Source of the DNA: Candidatus Latescibacterota bacterium
GTDB taxonomy: Bacteria > Latescibacterota > UBA2968 > UBA8231
Length of the DNA: 64,000 bases
Assembly (NCBI GenBank): GCA_965203175.1
Contig: OZ241867.1
Coordinates: 1,696,001 to 1,760,000 of the forward strand
Direction: 5' to 3'
A program made the position numbers and the translations under genes. The notes below the pieces were generated by a model. It ran no database searches and had not been told where the DNA came from. It worked only from the letters and a program-made list of their open reading frames with translations. This document shows positions 55,389 to 64,000 of this stretch, piece after piece. The first letter of the stretch is position 1, and every line of letters starts with the position of its first letter.

Positions 55389-55580
55389 TATGTATAGAAA
55401 AAATAAAGGCATCGATATGGTTCTATGCAATTCGCTGAAAACGCTACAATTCACCGAGAACGTTCGCAAGAGTCCGGCAGAGTCCCTGATGACTCGCCTG
55501 TCGTCGCATCGAATTGTTCGGGAATTACACACCGGTGTAAATATGATGCGGCTATTCCCTCGGTCAACCAAGAATGTTGA
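55389..55580 (-). mobile_element. orphan IS91/ISCR 3'-end (oriIS-like), copy B, about 190 bp
   Basis: Aligns with 58072-58244 (TTCGCTGAAAACGC, CCCTGATGA, TGTCGTCGCA.CGAAT.GTTCG, TGTAAA-N20-GGTCAACC) and with copy A at the terminus. Confidence 0.72.
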
Positions 55581-55664
55581 TTTTGAGTTTGGTGATCAGC
55601 TAGAGATGAAAGTGCACGCTCAATTTGAACTCGAAAAACTAGCCTGTTGAGCTTTTGCCCCAAA

Positions 55665-56456
55665 TCAATTGATTGGAGTACTCTCAAGCGTCTCCAGCCA
55701 GCGATAGCCGTAGGCCGGCACTTCGGGTGACCCGGTCATGCCGTCGGGAAACATGCCAAACCGCTCGACGCGCAGGCGGTAACCGTAGTCGTGCCAAGGC
55801 TGGAAGCCCACGATCTCGCCGCGGAAGGGGGCGCCGTTGACGACCTTGCAGTACCCGGGATAGCCGTCGTCGCACTCGACCCTGTGGGCATCCACGGTAA
55901 TCTCCTCTTCCGTGCCCGCGGCCTTGGTTCTCGAGACGACTTCGCTCAACACGTATCGACCATCGCCATACCTGTTGGCTTCGAGGATGTAGTGGTGGCC
56001 GGCCTCGTATTCGAAGCTAGTGATCATGTCGTCGTACGGTGCGCCGTCCACCACCAGGCAGAAGTCGTCACTCTGGGCGCATATCACCCGCGCCGGACCC
56101 ACCGACAAGGTTGCGGGGATGGATGGTGCTGGGGTCTTCTCCAGTTGCTCCAGCAGGCGGTAGGCGTACCGGCCGGCGTCCTGCGGCGGCTCCTCCCCAC
56201 CCCAGGGATCGTACTTGCCGATCCGCAGGCGATAGTCGTAGCCGGGCTCGTATTCGAATCCTTCGATTCCATCGTAGAAGAACTCGCCGTCGACCACCAT
56301 GCACGACTGCAAGCCCACGCCGTAGCACTTGGCTAGGGTGGGGCCGACGGTCACCTCCCGTATCTCGAGGTATCCGGCGTCCGGTCCTGTGGAACGGTCA
56401 CAGCCGGCAAAGACCAAGGTCAGCAGGAAGAAGACAGTAGAACTTCTGGTGCGCAT
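55665..56456 (-). CDS. lipoprotein with three DUF4377-like domains
   Basis: Lipobox FAGC; three V.P....C......C..V.G...I.GF.Y..G..Y.L units. Confidence 0.78.
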   Translation of the reverse strand: MRTRSSTVFFLLTLVFAGCDRSTGPDAGYLEIREVTVGPTLAKCYGVGLQSCMVVDGEFFYDGIEGFEYEPGYDYRLRIGKYDPWGGEEPPQDAGRYAYRLLEQLEKTPAPSIPATLSVGPARVICAQSDDFCLVVDGAPYDDMITSFEYEAGHHYILEANRYGDGRYVLSEVVSRTKAAGTEEEITVDAHRVECDDGYPGYCKVVNGAPFRGEIVGFQPWHDYGYRLRVERFGMFPDGMTGSPEVPAYGYRWLETLESTPIN

Positions 56457-56544
56457 TGGAGTCCTCCCTCGGTACGACTACCGCCACCTTTGCGTCCCGC
56501 ATTGGATCGCAACAGGCTCTGACGGCTCTACTCCAGAATCTAAG

Positions 56545-56680
56545 TACACGACAGTAGAGCGGTATGGGATGCTTCGCTCCGCTCAGCATGACAGGGCCTC
56601 ATGTTGTCATGTTGAGCGGAGCGAAGCGGAGTCGAAACATCTTATTCCTCGATGCCCATGCGTAACGTTACTGTCGTGTA
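56545..56680. repeat. palindromic REP/MITE-like element, copy 2, enclosed by a 12-bp perfect inverted repeat
   Basis: Core 56558-56649 is the inverted homologue of 20360-20456; flanked by TACACGACAGTA (56545-56556) and TACTGTCGTGTA (56669-56680). Confidence 0.78.
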
Positions 56681-56704
56681 TTAAGCTCTAGAATATACCG
56701 AAAG

Positions 56705-58039
56705 CTATAGCCCCTGCATCGCTGATTCGGGATCGAGAATTACATCAGCAGCAATCAATCGATCCTGTAGCTCGGCCATCGGTACGCTACGACTATCCAC
56801 ACCTGTTGCCCTTGCTAGCGCCGCGGCCGTGCCAGCAGCCTGCCCCATGCCCATCGAATTAGCTGTGACTCGACTTGATGCCAGGGCCTCTGAAGTTGCC
56901 GAGTGACAACGACCCGCAACCCAGAGATTCTCCACGCCCTGCGGCAGCAACGTTCTGTACGAAATATCGTACGGCGGTACGATCGGCTGATCGTGATACC
57001 CGGCTGCGTCCTTGGGATGCCGGTCTATCCTCCACGCCCCAAGCACTACCACGTCATCCTGTCGTTTCGCCGTTCTTATATCGTCGCCGGTCAGCGTGTA
57101 ATCGCCGACGATTCTTCTGGATTCTCGCGCTCCAGCCGTCGGACCACTGGTGAAAAAGTATGCGTCTTTGAACTCGGGTAGTGCTTCTTTCCAGAGCTCA
57201 AACATGGTCCACGCATCGCGTCGGCCCTGGATTTCTGCGTTCGTCCAGTCTTGCGGATTCGTTGCGTTTCCGGGTGTGCGAATCACATTGAAATAGATGT
57301 CTCGACCGGAAAAAGTTGCCGGCCACGGGCCACCATAAAGGCCGATCTTTCCTGCGGCACGTGCCTTCTCCAGAACGGCCGCACATTTGCGACGCAGCTC
57401 AAATGTAAGTTCGACAAAGCCAATTCGGAAATGCAGGCTCATCGGCTGCAGCGATTCGGCGACCTCGTATGGACATCCTGCCCAGGCGGCGACATCGGCA
57501 TCACCCGTGGCATCGATAACGCACTTGGGTCGTATGGCGGTGAGGCCGTCTTTGTTGCTGACTACGACACTGTCCACCCGGTTTCCCTTGACGATCACGT
57601 CAGACACCTGGGTGTGGAAAAGCAGATTCACGCCAGACTCGATTAAAATCTCATCCGCAGCCTTCTTGAACAACTCCGGATCAGTGCGCGGAATCACGCG
57701 ATCAGGATGCTTTTCGACCTCGGTGAAATCGCCGTTCACGTTGTATGAGAGATGTGGAGCCTGCCCGGGCTCAACCACACCCATTCGTTCGAGCATCTCA
57801 AAGACAAGTCCACCCACAACAGGCTTACCCGTCTCTTCGTAGACGAATCCATCGAACGCCGAGCCGATGATGTTCGTAAAGAACCCACCGGCAAATCCCA
57901 TGCGGTCGACAGCCATCACAGAAGCCCCGTTCCGCGCCGCGCTAACAGCCGCGCCAATACCCGCCAGCCCCGTTCCGCAAACGAGAACATCGGGTTCAGC
58001 GACTACGGGAAGTGATTTTGTGTACTGGATTATTGACAT
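56705..58039 (-). CDS. FAD-dependent oxidoreductase (FAD_oxidored family)
   Basis: DVLVCG.G.AG..AA, IDATGDADVA, RESRRIVG.Y.L, NL.VAGRC.S. Confidence 0.9.
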   Translation of the reverse strand: MSIIQYTKSLPVVAEPDVLVCGTGLAGIGAAVSAARNGASVMAVDRMGFAGGFFTNIIGSAFDGFVYEETGKPVVGGLVFEMLERMGVVEPGQAPHLSYNVNGDFTEVEKHPDRVIPRTDPELFKKAADEILIESGVNLLFHTQVSDVIVKGNRVDSVVVSNKDGLTAIRPKCVIDATGDADVAAWAGCPYEVAESLQPMSLHFRIGFVELTFELRRKCAAVLEKARAAGKIGLYGGPWPATFSGRDIYFNVIRTPGNATNPQDWTNAEIQGRRDAWTMFELWKEALPEFKDAYFFTSGPTAGARESRRIVGDYTLTGDDIRTAKRQDDVVVLGAWRIDRHPKDAAGYHDQPIVPPYDISYRTLLPQGVENLWVAGRCHSATSEALASSRVTANSMGMGQAAGTAAALARATGVDSRSVPMAELQDRLIAADVILDPESAMQGL

Positions 58040-58071
58040 GGTTTGATTCTTTCTTAATCCAATTTTTTATA

Positions 58072-58772
58072 AGATAGGAAAAGTAAGGTGCCGATATCAG
58101 TACTAATCAGTTCGCTGAAAACGCACGCAAGGGGCCAGCAGGGCCCCTGATGAATCGATTGTCGTCGCACCGAATCGTTCGCGAATACTCAGAGTACTGT
58201 TGTAAAGAATTTCGGCGCGGTTCAGGGGTCAACCTAGTACTTGAGGGCACACTCCTCCGTACGGCTCACGGCGCAGGGAGCGAATCGCGGAGGAGGTCAG
58301 GCGACGAACTCGAACTGCGGCTGCGGGGGTGTCTTGGGTGGGCACCGCCGGCCGGCCTCCCCCCTCCAAATACCCTGGATCGAGGTAGGATCGGTCAGGG
58401 CGGCCACGATCCGCAGGGGCCGGGTAGCCGTTGAGCTCGGCGGCAAACACCCAGGCGATGGCCGCAGGGCGGAGCGCTTGAATCGCGGTCCACCGCCGTC
58501 GACTCTTCGACCGGCTTGGCGGGCACGATGCGGCCGCGATCCCGGGCACGGAGGGGCCAGGACCCTGTGGTAGCGCAGGAGATGAAACCGGGGCGGGGGA
58601 CCAGAGTTGCCAGCTTCTCCAGTAGGTCCATCGGAGAGAGTAGAAGATAGCTCGTGCCATTCGACCAAGGCGTTTTGAGCGCGAAGGAAAGCCGCTGCGA
58701 ATCGAGGATGCGCAGACGCCTCGCCGCCAGGGCCGGCCGGGCCACGTAGCGGAATAAGCGTTCGAGCCCCGC
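58072..58772 (-). mobile_element. IS91/ISCR-like rolling-circle element remnant: frameshifted transposase C-terminus (about 58297-58772) plus 3' region ending in oriIS-like copy C
   Basis: LERLFRYVARPALA..RL...LSFALKTPWSNGTS.LLLSPMDLLEKLA.LVP/PPRFHLLRYH.VLAP.../LRIVAALTDP is typical of IS91/ISCR Y2 transposases. About 220 bp past the stop the - strand reads CCTTACTTTTCCTATC. Confidence 0.82.
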
Positions 58773-58957
58773 TCGTGGCCATCGTCAAGGAACGACTCCA
58801 TCTCGATCTATCTTTGCATGCGATGCTACAAATTCTCAGCGTCACGCCTTTCGAAACAGTACCGCTGATTCAACTATTTACCGTACCCCGCCGCCTCAGG
58901 AAATCCCTGATGCCCATAACCAACTGTTTTTGCTATGAAACGTGTCGGACACTACTG
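58772..58957 (+). mobile_element. IS4-family transposase C-terminal fragment with right terminus
   Basis: LVAIVKERLHLDLSLHAMLQILSVTPFE..P..QLF and terminal GTCGGACACTACTG. Confidence 0.72.
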
Positions 58958-59136
58958 ACAACACATGAAGATTGTCGAGTTCGACGCTAGACTCGCATGG
59001 GGTGCGGCCTAACTACCGTAGCATCACTTCTGGGATGGCACAGTAACCCACCGGCCCGAACGACTTCGCACGCCCTACGAAATCATCGTCGGGGATCGGT
59101 GATATGTATACGGTGGCCCTAGTGCGTTGTAGCAAA

Positions 59137-62100
59137 CTATCCCACCAGCTCAAAAGTTTCATATCTCACTCTTTCGCCTTCAAACTCCTTCACTTGCCTA
59201 GACATATAACGCCCTACCGTCTTTTCTATTCTTGATACTTCCTCTCCGCCCAGAACCGAGATTTCCGAATCCTTGTTCCCAAGAGAATTGTAACTCGTTC
59301 CCAAACGAAGCCCCACTCCTTTTGACAAGATCCAGCGATCGTGAAAGGGCGCAACACCATTCCTTTCAGTGCCTACAACCAGGATTTCTGTTTCCGGAGG
59401 GGCATGCTCGCAAAGTTTTCGCCAAGCGGTGGTGTATGCACTAGGCAGGTCGCTGTTAGTGTTGGGTCCGAGTTGGTGTGCCTTGCTTGTGACAATTTGT
59501 ACGTGAAGATCCGGGTCTGCCTCTATTACTTGAACCACAAAATCCAAGTCATTTACCCCAAAGTAAGGATCGACAATGGTGATACTGTCCACGGCGTTTT
59601 TGTCGAGCCAATCCTGGAGGTATTGTTTCGCCTTGTCCCGTTCACCAAACTGAATGATGACTATATTGTCTGCGTCGCCTCGGTCCTGCCACTCGGGATT
59701 CGAACCCAATCGGCCATGTCTTTCGGTTATGGAAAAGAAAAACTCCGCGCCCCGCAACACACCTTCAAATAGATCTCTAATATATGTCTTCGATTCACTA
59801 GTATAAGAATATTTTATGAGCGCATTAGACAGTATCCACGAATAGATCGGGTACGATGTTTTCAACGGATAGTTGCTAGCGCACACGAGCATTTCACGCA
59901 GCCGAACCATGTCAGTGGCTATCATGCGACCAGAATTGAGTGCACCGAGAGCTCGCCACGCTGCCAATGCTAGGCCCGGGTCGTCTTGCAGCGTTTCCAA
60001 ATCAAGATGACTACGCGAGTCTCCCAGGTCCTTTCTTAACTTATGTCCATCTAATTGTAACCTCGCGCGTTCCCTGTATTCGTCGCGCGCGGGATCGTCG
60101 TCATATAGCATAGCCAACTTCATTGGTAGTTCGGGATCGAGGCGGTAAGCTAGGTCTATGATCTGGTTTTCTCTAAAGGCAGTTCGCCGGGAACCTGTAT
60201 TGATTATTAGACCGAACGCCTTTTTCAAAGCGCGCGAAGCAAGCTCTCGGTCCCAAGCAATCGTTAGATCGGTGATAAGAAAGAGATGACTGTAGCGGTC
60301 TTCGATAGTCGGTAAACTGTCGGTTGTTAAGTCCACATCTTTCAACAATCGCTTGGCGTGGCGGTGCTGTTTCGATGGGAGGCTAACGGCCAGTTCGGCC
60401 AGTACAAAAATTCGATCGGCCATATTACTGATTGACTCGCCCTCCGCTATGAGTTTGGCCCACGTTACGTCGGGAGATGCTGAAATTCGCAACGCCTCTG
60501 CTTTGCAGAGAATTTGGTATCCCGCATGTTGTATCCGGTTTGGGAGAGGCAATCGCCGTTCGGCAATTTCGAGCATCCGCCGGGTAATGTCTGCTTTCTG
60601 GTCCCGAGTCAGATGAATCGATGTTCGAGGTGCTGTGACGGCTGACGCGATGCTGTGGAAAATCCTATAAATTGTAAAGTCTTCGTCGGTTTCGTCACAC
60701 AATTGTAGTAAATTCTGAATATCAGAAAAGGTGAGACGTGAGGCGGTTGAATTTGTGTCGTCAAAGGGTTCTCCAGGCGGTTGTTTTCGTAACAGGGCGA
60801 AGCTGAGGGCTGACGTGCAATCCGCTTGCACGGATGCGGGGAATGCGGAAATCCCACTTCGGGCCCGATCTCTGTCGTCAAGCCACACCGCGGGATAGGC
60901 ATACCGCCATGCCTGATATGCGGTCGCGCAATCCTTCCCGGAGAGATTAGCAAGTGCCGGCCACACGTGTTCGTTCACTACGTCGGAGAATGCGCGAGAT
61001 TCTCCTGCGCGCCAGAGATAAAACGCTAGGCTGGACAATAAAGTGACCCGCTCTTGTAAATCTGGTACTCTAACAGCCATGCGGCAAACCCTGTCTATGT
61101 CGGTGGCCACAAGGAGTTTAGATTCCGCTAGTGCGTAGGCTGCTTTCATCAAGAGATCCACGACGTAAATGATACCCTGTTCGACATCCTCGCTTCCAGA
61201 AACCAATCTGCTTTCTGTGGCCAAAGAGTCAAACACGGTTTTTGCCAAGTCGGGGCGTTTCTGTCGTAGTGTGGGCACCAGTTGACAGGCTGTTCGGTAT
61301 TTGGCTCGAGGGCTGGCGATGGAATCAAACGCGGCTAGGAGGCTGTCATCCACAGAGGTACGAAAAACGTCGTTATCCTGTGAACTACCAAGTGTAACCG
61401 CGATTTCGGCAAGACACTTCGTTTTGATTACTGCGGAAGAACATGCCGCTAAACGAGGGAAAACGCAGTTTAGATCGATCGACGGGCGAGTGCCGGCGTC
61501 TACATCAAGACAGAAGCGCTTTACGGTGTCCCAGATCGCGGCGTCGAACTGCTCGCAGGGGCCCATTTCATTGAGTGCGGCAAACAATACGGCGCTATTG
61601 AGAGTAATTGTGGTGGCCTTGCACATTGAAGCCACTATTTCGCGAAATGCGCTAGTTCGACGGTCTATGGTGTTAAGGCGACGAGAAACGTCGAGCGCGG
61701 CTTCCGGTTTAGAACTTGCTAGTGCCGTAATGGTATCCTTAAGTATCTCGAACTGTTCCGCACTAGCTGCGAGTATTTCGGTAAGTGTTTGGGCGAACTC
61801 AGTGTCCACCATAGCGCCGACGTCGGACAATTGGTCCAACTTTCGCGAAGGGTCGAACTTGTGTAGCTCGGCGATGAACCATGCGAGGCAAGTGATTCTA
61901 GTCTCCAATTCGTCAAGGGAGTCAATTGGGTCTAAATATAGTTCTTCGAGACGGTCTACTGTTCGGGCGAGATCGCCATCTGCGTAATTGCATCCCGCCA
62001 AGCGGAGCTGTAGTCGGACATAATCGACGATTGGGCCCTTGTTTCGTATAACCTCCTTTTGCCCGTCAAGCATGGCGACGATGCGCCGACATCTGTCTCG

Positions 62101-63993
62101 ATCGACTGCGTACGGAAGGGGTGCAGAAAGTTCGCGATAGACCGCGGCGGTCGGGGTGAATTGCGGGGTAGCGATGGCGTCGTGGATGCCTACTTCAACC
62201 ACATCGAGTGCATCACTTCGTAACGGATGTCGCGCAACCCACTTTCTCAGGATGAACAACCTTTCACTAGAATCGCTAATGGAGTGGGTTACGTCTAGGA
62301 CGTCGGCGGCTGACTTCGGATGGAAGAAAATCTCGCTGGCGTCCAACAGGCGGCGAAGTTTCTCGTCGACCATGAGGTCTTTCGGAACGGGCGGTAAGGG
62401 ACTTTCGCTACCGCGTGTCTCGTGGGTGTTTTTGGTCCTGAGTGCAGCTACGGTGACTCTCGCCAAGGCAAGTTCAAATGAACCATCGTCCACTTGGGAA
62501 TGCGTGACCGTTTTTAGAAGGTTCAACGCGAGCTCGGCGTCGATCGGATAGAGATCGGTGGCGATATCTATCCCTTCTTCTGTGGGCAAAGACCCAAGAT
62601 CGAGACTTTGGTAGATCTGTCGGATCTCTTCCAATATTGGTGTCGCGTCAAAACCGGGGCTGTTGGAAAGTGCGTCAACGGTAACTGCTAATAGGCGCAT
62701 ACGTTGTGTGAGTAGCGGTACATCGTTGGCGACCGCGAGAGCTCCGTCGACATCGCCGACTGCGCTGCGCGCTCGGATCTCGTGCTCTATACCGGTTGTC
62801 TGTGAAGCCTGTTGAATTATTGACCTAGATAGTGAGTAGGTGGTGAGTGCGCGGTCTCGTCGCGCTTGGTGGCATATATTTATGGCGCTGCGCAGCGTTG
62901 GTTCTATTCCGGCTGCAGTTCGTGTCTTGAGTAGTATGGTGGCCAGTCGGCGCTCATGTAGCCAATCCACTAGTGCGTCCGTTTTTCCCGCACGTTCTAA
63001 ATACGTTGGGAGTTGAGTCAGTGATTCGGGTGAATCTGGCTTCTGGAGTAACATTTCGGCGATGGCTTCGGTGGCCTCGGATACGAGTGCTCCGAGGTTC
63101 CGGTCGGCAAAACTTCGGAAAGCGTCCGACGAAAACTCCCAACCCTTCGCCTTCTCTGAGTAGAGAAGAAATGGTAGCGAACTAAACGCGTTGTCGATAT
63201 TCGTTTTGGTTGTTCCACAATGAGCCGCGAGAGTCTGTGAATCTACAGGAGAGCCGTAAGCCACAATAAATCCCAAGGCTCGATGGATCTCCATAGGTGA
63301 CTGGGAGATGACAGTCCATTCGGTTTCGAAGAGAGACTCAATGTCTGTGGGGAATTCATTCAGAATCTCAGAGACGTCTTCTGGATTGGAAGCAAGGCGA
63401 CGCCTCACACTTGCGAGGATGGCCGGTACCCCGCCAAATACCGGGTGAATTTCAGCTCGCAACTTGTCATCTGTTACTAAGTCCTTAAAATACTCGTTGG
63501 TCTCATGCGGGCTAAACGGCGGTAACGGATATGATTTCGCTCGTAGCGTTCGCTTGGTAGCGCCGCTAAGTACGTCGCTCATTTCCCCACTGAATAGGAA
63601 CCTGAATGGTTTGATTCCGAGTGGTAGAAGGTTCAATAATGCTTGGCGGATTGAGTCGTCGGCAGATGGAATATGGTGAAAACCGTCAACAATGATGTAC
63701 CCCGGGTTACGGGCACGGTCCAGTACACGGGCACATTTACCCCACAAATTACGAAGATCTCCGTCGGTTGGGTCGCGGTTGTCGGGTAGCCGCCTGTCGG
63801 TTAAGTACCAGTGAACTTGGTCTGCCAAGTCATGGCGCGCAAAAACTGGGTCGTAGGCTAATCTGCTAGGCGCTTTGAGGAATAGTCCAAAACACGGTTC
63901 GTCGACACTATCGGCAAACTCTAACAAAAGAGTGGTCGTTCCCCAATTCGATGGTGCTTCGACGCATACAACGTCGGTATTCGAGACAAACAT
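59137..63993 (-). CDS. very large (at least 1618 aa) STAND/NLR-like NTPase with helical repeats and a C-terminal PLD-like domain; candidate anti-phage protein (N-terminus may extend past the window)
   Basis: Walker A-like VEAPSNWGTTTLL, Walker B IIVDG, GVPAIL, long helical solenoid, C-terminal IVDPYF...FHDRWILSK..GLRLGTSYNSLG. Confidence 0.72.
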   Translation of the reverse strand: MFVSNTDVVCVEAPSNWGTTTLLLEFADSVDEPCFGLFLKAPSRLAYDPVFARHDLADQVHWYLTDRRLPDNRDPTDGDLRNLWGKCARVLDRARNPGYIIVDGFHHIPSADDSIRQALLNLLPLGIKPFRFLFSGEMSDVLSGATKRTLRAKSYPLPPFSPHETNEYFKDLVTDDKLRAEIHPVFGGVPAILASVRRRLASNPEDVSEILNEFPTDIESLFETEWTVISQSPMEIHRALGFIVAYGSPVDSQTLAAHCGTTKTNIDNAFSSLPFLLYSEKAKGWEFSSDAFRSFADRNLGALVSEATEAIAEMLLQKPDSPESLTQLPTYLERAGKTDALVDWLHERRLATILLKTRTAAGIEPTLRSAINICHQARRDRALTTYSLSRSIIQQASQTTGIEHEIRARSAVGDVDGALAVANDVPLLTQRMRLLAVTVDALSNSPGFDATPILEEIRQIYQSLDLGSLPTEEGIDIATDLYPIDAELALNLLKTVTHSQVDDGSFELALARVTVAALRTKNTHETRGSESPLPPVPKDLMVDEKLRRLLDASEIFFHPKSAADVLDVTHSISDSSERLFILRKWVARHPLRSDALDVVEVGIHDAIATPQFTPTAAVYRELSAPLPYAVDRDRCRRIVAMLDGQKEVIRNKGPIVDYVRLQLRLAGCNYADGDLARTVDRLEELYLDPIDSLDELETRITCLAWFIAELHKFDPSRKLDQLSDVGAMVDTEFAQTLTEILAASAEQFEILKDTITALASSKPEAALDVSRRLNTIDRRTSAFREIVASMCKATTITLNSAVLFAALNEMGPCEQFDAAIWDTVKRFCLDVDAGTRPSIDLNCVFPRLAACSSAVIKTKCLAEIAVTLGSSQDNDVFRTSVDDSLLAAFDSIASPRAKYRTACQLVPTLRQKRPDLAKTVFDSLATESRLVSGSEDVEQGIIYVVDLLMKAAYALAESKLLVATDIDRVCRMAVRVPDLQERVTLLSSLAFYLWRAGESRAFSDVVNEHVWPALANLSGKDCATAYQAWRYAYPAVWLDDRDRARSGISAFPASVQADCTSALSFALLRKQPPGEPFDDTNSTASRLTFSDIQNLLQLCDETDEDFTIYRIFHSIASAVTAPRTSIHLTRDQKADITRRMLEIAERRLPLPNRIQHAGYQILCKAEALRISASPDVTWAKLIAEGESISNMADRIFVLAELAVSLPSKQHRHAKRLLKDVDLTTDSLPTIEDRYSHLFLITDLTIAWDRELASRALKKAFGLIINTGSRRTAFRENQIIDLAYRLDPELPMKLAMLYDDDPARDEYRERARLQLDGHKLRKDLGDSRSHLDLETLQDDPGLALAAWRALGALNSGRMIATDMVRLREMLVCASNYPLKTSYPIYSWILSNALIKYSYTSESKTYIRDLFEGVLRGAEFFFSITERHGRLGSNPEWQDRGDADNIVIIQFGERDKAKQYLQDWLDKNAVDSITIVDPYFGVNDLDFVVQVIEADPDLHVQIVTSKAHQLGPNTNSDLPSAYTTAWRKLCEHAPPETEILVVGTERNGVAPFHDRWILSKGVGLRLGTSYNSLGNKDSEISVLGGEEVSRIEKTVGRYMSRQVKEFEGERVRYETFELVG

Positions 63994-64000
63994 GTGGGCT

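Noticed and set aside
55489-55524. Mini-ORF M[TN]RLSSHRIVRE shared with 58150-58185, with mostly synonymous differences
   Set aside because: It lies inside the duplicated element end, and the two copies go out of frame relative to each other right afterwards. DNA-level homology explains it, though a short peptide is not excluded.

Overview
GC-rich bacterial chromosome segment. WD40, ankyrin and TPR repeats, several PhyH-family dioxygenases and FlgD/T9SS-like C-terminal domains suggest an FCB-group organism, possibly a Latescibacterota-like marine symbiont; this placement is inference only. Positions 1-34 kb are mostly core or household genes (5-FCL, uppS-cdsA-rseP-queG, ftsY, TonB receptor, fhs, CLC, TrmH, an LpoB lipoprotein operon) with a decayed IS481. 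Positions 34.3-44.5 kb hold a same-strand array of 16 cassette-type genes without recognisable attC sites. Positions 45-58 kb are catabolic genes. The most striking structure is at 51.6-58.8 kb: four copies of a sequence end resembling the oriIS of an IS91/ISCR rolling-circle element each sit directly upstream of a different gene, and the last copy is contiguous with a decayed IS91/ISCR transposase. This looks like a serial gene-capture train. The window ends in a very large NTPase/helical-repeat/PLD-like candidate defence protein. Other oddities are a Kv-like channel with a phage-baseplate-like beta-repeat insert, a CLC lacking both proton-transfer glutamates, and a mutational footprint of CCWGG methylation. 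No rRNA, tRNA or CRISPR array was seen.
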